Assembly: GCA_051003155.1 (NCBI GenBank)
Contig: JBPCLO010000030.1
Coordinates: 1-40,474 of the forward strand
Direction of reading: 5' to 3'
DNA length: 40,474 nt
Source of the DNA: Fimbriimonadales bacterium
Lineage (GTDB): Bacteria; Armatimonadota; Fimbriimonadia; Fimbriimonadales; ATM1
A program made the translations under genes and the position numbers. Under the pieces are notes generated by a model. The model saw nothing but the letters and a program-made list of their open reading frames with translations, searched no databases and was not told the origin of the DNA. Positions 37,961 to 40,474 of the stretch are shown piece after piece (positions within the stretch are counted from its first letter, which is position 1; each line of letters opens with the position of its first letter).

Positions 37961-39163
37961 TCAAGGCTGAGCCCTCGGCAGACACGCGAGTCCTCCAAAA
38001 ACTATCCACATTGCTGCCACGACGAAGCAGAACGAACCAACGGTAGCATCCCAGCCAATGAGCTTGTGGACGAGAGCGCCTTCTTTTACCCTTGATGCCA
38101 CAAGCAGGGCGCCTATTGGTGCGAGAGGTGCTGCGCGAGAAATATACCAAGCGAAGGCATTCTCTTTGGCCGGATCAAGCATGATGAGCGCCGCGATGCA
38201 TGCACCGCCAAGCACTGCGATGAAGAAACTGCCGCCCAAAGGAAGTTCTGGATAGACGACTGCGTCTATCCGCTCCCTGTATGCAAAGTACGTTATGGGC
38301 TGTAAGAGTAGCAAGCCCAGGGCGAATATTGCGTTGCGATACATCGCGCTGATCATGCTCATCGCACTGGGGTCAAGTTGCGTTGTCTTCTCAATCCAGG
38401 CGACTAGGCCGCAGCAGAGCAGTAACCAGATGAACAGAAAGACCCCCAAGAAGACCTGTATTTGGGTCGCAAGTAATACTTGTGGTGATGCAGTTTTGAG
38501 GACAAGCTGAGCGTCCTTGTCAAGGAGCGCTCTTAGTTGCGCCCGGTCTGGCAAGTCCGCAAGTGAATCCATCGTGGGCGCCTTGGCGAATGCCGAAAAG
38601 GCTTCACTAGCTTCTACCTTCTTTCCCTCAAGTTTCGCCTTTGCGCTATCGCTTATTGCGACGAGCTCCTCGTTCTCGAGTTTTTGTACAAGGTTGACGG
38701 CTTGCTCCGCATGGGCTGGAAGTAGCTTGTCGAGACTCCTGCCTTGCTGCGTAGCTTCGAAAGCCGCCGCAAGGCCCGCAATACCGATGCTTCCGAACAA
38801 GAGTATCGGCCAATAGTGCTCCAGCACAGCAGACGCCCAGGAAGACTTCGCTAAATGGGGAAAGTCGGAGATTGCGAATTTAATTGCCTTCCCGGCAAAG
38901 ATCGCGCACAATGGGAAGACAAACAACATGAAAAAGCCTTGGTGAGGCGCGTACTTGCCAAACCTCCAAACATCCCGCAATCCGTACTGCCAGCAGGCGA
39001 CCAGGATCCAAACAAGTGTTGCCGCAATGGCGACGGAGAACAGAAGTGGCTGCGCGCTCATCGTCTTCGGTTGTTTTGGCCCAACAACTTCTGTTGACCC
39101 AGGATCGCTGGGATCAGATCGACGGGGTCGCGGAGATCGCATGGCTTGATACTCACCTCTCAA
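37961..39163 (-). CDS. Multi-pass membrane hypothetical protein
   Basis: About 8 hydrophobic segments with one large helical loop; no family recognised. Confidence 0.7.
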   Translation of the reverse strand: MRGEYQAMRSPRPRRSDPSDPGSTEVVGPKQPKTMSAQPLLFSVAIAATLVWILVACWQYGLRDVWRFGKYAPHQGFFMLFVFPLCAIFAGKAIKFAISDFPHLAKSSWASAVLEHYWPILLFGSIGIAGLAAAFEATQQGRSLDKLLPAHAEQAVNLVQKLENEELVAISDSAKAKLEGKKVEASEAFSAFAKAPTMDSLADLPDRAQLRALLDKDAQLVLKTASPQVLLATQIQVFLGVFLFIWLLLCCGLVAWIEKTTQLDPSAMSMISAMYRNAIFALGLLLLQPITYFAYRERIDAVVYPELPLGGSFFIAVLGGACIAALIMLDPAKENAFAWYISRAAPLAPIGALLVASRVKEGALVHKLIGWDATVGSFCFVVAAMWIVFGGLACLPRAQP

Positions 39164-39472
39164 AGTGCCTCAGTCTTGGCGCCATTTTAGCCTAGTGAGA
39201 CGGGAGTCGGACTTCAATGTGGGTCATGTCCCAGGATGTGGTGTAAAAGTTGCCTTCCGTCATGTTCATCATATCACCATCCGCTCGCTTTTGCGATGAG
39301 AGCGTCGTGTTGGCTACTCGGCAAGCCTAAGCTGGCCTTGGGAGTTTGCCGTTTTGTGACTTGCCATTCGTCGTGTTGTTCCATCACTATCGCCCCACGA
39401 GGCGCACGACGCTTGGTCTGCCCCCCGAATCTGAAGACGGTATAAGAGTAGTCTTTCTCTCAGGAGGAAGCT

Positions 39473-39778
39473 ATGAAAAAATCGAAGTACAGCGAAGAGC
39501 AGATCGTTCGCGTTCTGCAGGAAGCCTCGTCCGGCCACAAGACGCAGGCGGAAGTCTGCCGGGATCACGGAGTGAGCCTGAACACGTTCTACATTTGGAG
39601 GCGCAAGTATGCGGGCCTTCAAACCGAGGATCTGAGGCAGCTGCGCGACCTCGAGCGCGAGAACGCTCAGCTGAAGCGGCTCCTCGCAGAGCGTGACCTC
39701 GAGATCGACGCGGTGAGGGCGCTATTCCGAAAAAACGGGTTAGCGCTCCCGAGCCCGTCACGGGGGCGAGATTTCTAA
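39473..39778 (+). CDS. IS3 transposase OrfA
   Basis: MKKSKYSEEQI...CRDHGVS..TFY.WRRKY.G...LRDLERENAQLKRLLAE; AGGAGG RBS. Confidence 0.93.
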   Translation: MKKSKYSEEQIVRVLQEASSGHKTQAEVCRDHGVSLNTFYIWRRKYAGLQTEDLRQLRDLERENAQLKRLLAERDLEIDAVRALFRKNGLALPSPSRGRDF

Positions 39779-40474
39779 TGGAGCGGGGTGTGACGGCCCG
39801 CCGAGCATGCGGGATTTTGGCGGTCTCCAGCGCCGCGCCCTACAGGCGCAAGGCTCCTGACAAGGACGCGCTCCTTAGGGAGAGGCTGCGCGCGATCTGG
39901 CGTCCGAACATGGGCTACCGCATGGCGCACGCGCTACTCAGGGCCGAGTTCGAGCCCCTCAACGTCAAACGGGTGCACCGGCTGTGGAAGGAGGAGAAGC
40001 TCGGCCGCGTGAGGCGCTACCGCAAGAAGCGCACCGGGTCTTCGGTTCCTCTTGCCGCGACCGGCCCCAATGAAATCTGGTGCCTCGACTTTTGCTTCGA
40101 CGCATGCCTAAACGGAACCAAACTGAAAGTGCTCGCGATCGTCGATGAGTTTACGCGGGAGCTGCTCGCGCTCGAGGCCGCGGCCAGCTTCAAATCGCTG
40201 CATGTCCAGGCGGTGCTCTCGCGGCTTTTCGCGAAGCGCGGCGCTCCGAAATATCTTCGCTCGGACAACGGATCCGAGTTCATTTCCCGCTCGCTGGCCG
40301 TGTTCTTGTTGAGGAACGGCGCCGCCAGCCGCTTCATTGAGCCCGGCTCACCGTGGCAGAACGGCTATGCCGAGAGCTTCGTCTCGACGCTTCGCCGGGA
40401 CTGCCTGGACGTGGAGGTATTTCACAATCTCGCCGACGCCCAGATCAAACTGGGCATCTACCGCCGCTACTACA
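39730..40474 (+). CDS. IS3 transposase OrfB (DDE integrase core), partial
   Basis: -1 frame reads GYR..., KRVHRLW, PNEIWCLDF, VDEFTRE, RSDNGSEF, PGSPWQNGYAESF; open to the window end. Confidence 0.93.

Larger units (their letters stand above)
27434..40474. mobile_element. Putative integrative mobilizable element/genomic island at tRNA-Asn (right end outside window)
   Basis: Core genes stop abruptly at the tRNA 3' end and are followed by xis, relaxase, coupling ATPase, ArdC, visibly more AT-rich cargo and an IS. Confidence 0.8.
39414..40474 (+). mobile_element. IS3-family insertion sequence (IS407-like), truncated by window end
   Basis: Left end TGGTCTGCCCCCC at 39414, then orfA/orfB in relative -1 frame. 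Confidence 0.92.

Noticed and set aside
39170..39413. Possible gene truncated by the IS
   Set aside because: No convincing reading frame or motif on either strand.
1..40474. CRISPR array or cas genes
   Set aside because: No regularly spaced short repeats and no Cas motifs seen.
27434..40474. Second att copy of the tRNA-Asn 3' end, and an integrase
   Set aside because: Not found by eye within the window; they may lie beyond it.

Overview
GC-rich bacterial chromosomal segment; gene content and the PEP-CTERM protein are compatible with an Armatimonadota (Fimbriimonadia)-like genome, which is inference only. Positions 1-27433 are mostly core genes: WD40, NlpC/P60, purH, remA-mreBCD, csbD-like, PPIase, mazG, M14 peptidase, YihY, fbaB, DAHP synthase, hisB with a degenerate hisA-like gene, ndk, class III aminotransferase, esterase, ltaE, PGI/PMI, ssb, rpsF with an S6:S18-type leader, and tRNA-Asn(GTT). 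Interspersed are decayed accessory relics: a duplicated ~200 bp segment bracketing a putative RHS-derived PLA2-like toxin/immunity cassette, a GH35/F5-8 relic and an E1-beta relic. Directly after tRNA-Asn begins a putative integrative mobilizable element that runs off the window end. It carries an excisionase-like gene, a Replic_Relax-type relaxase, a VirD4-like ATPase, a structured candidate oriT, ArdC, cargo genes (NUDIX-fold protein, IrrE-like relic, trypsin-like protease, ABC exporter pair, membrane proteins) and a truncated IS3-family element. All family assignments are from motif recognition by eye; no searches were run.
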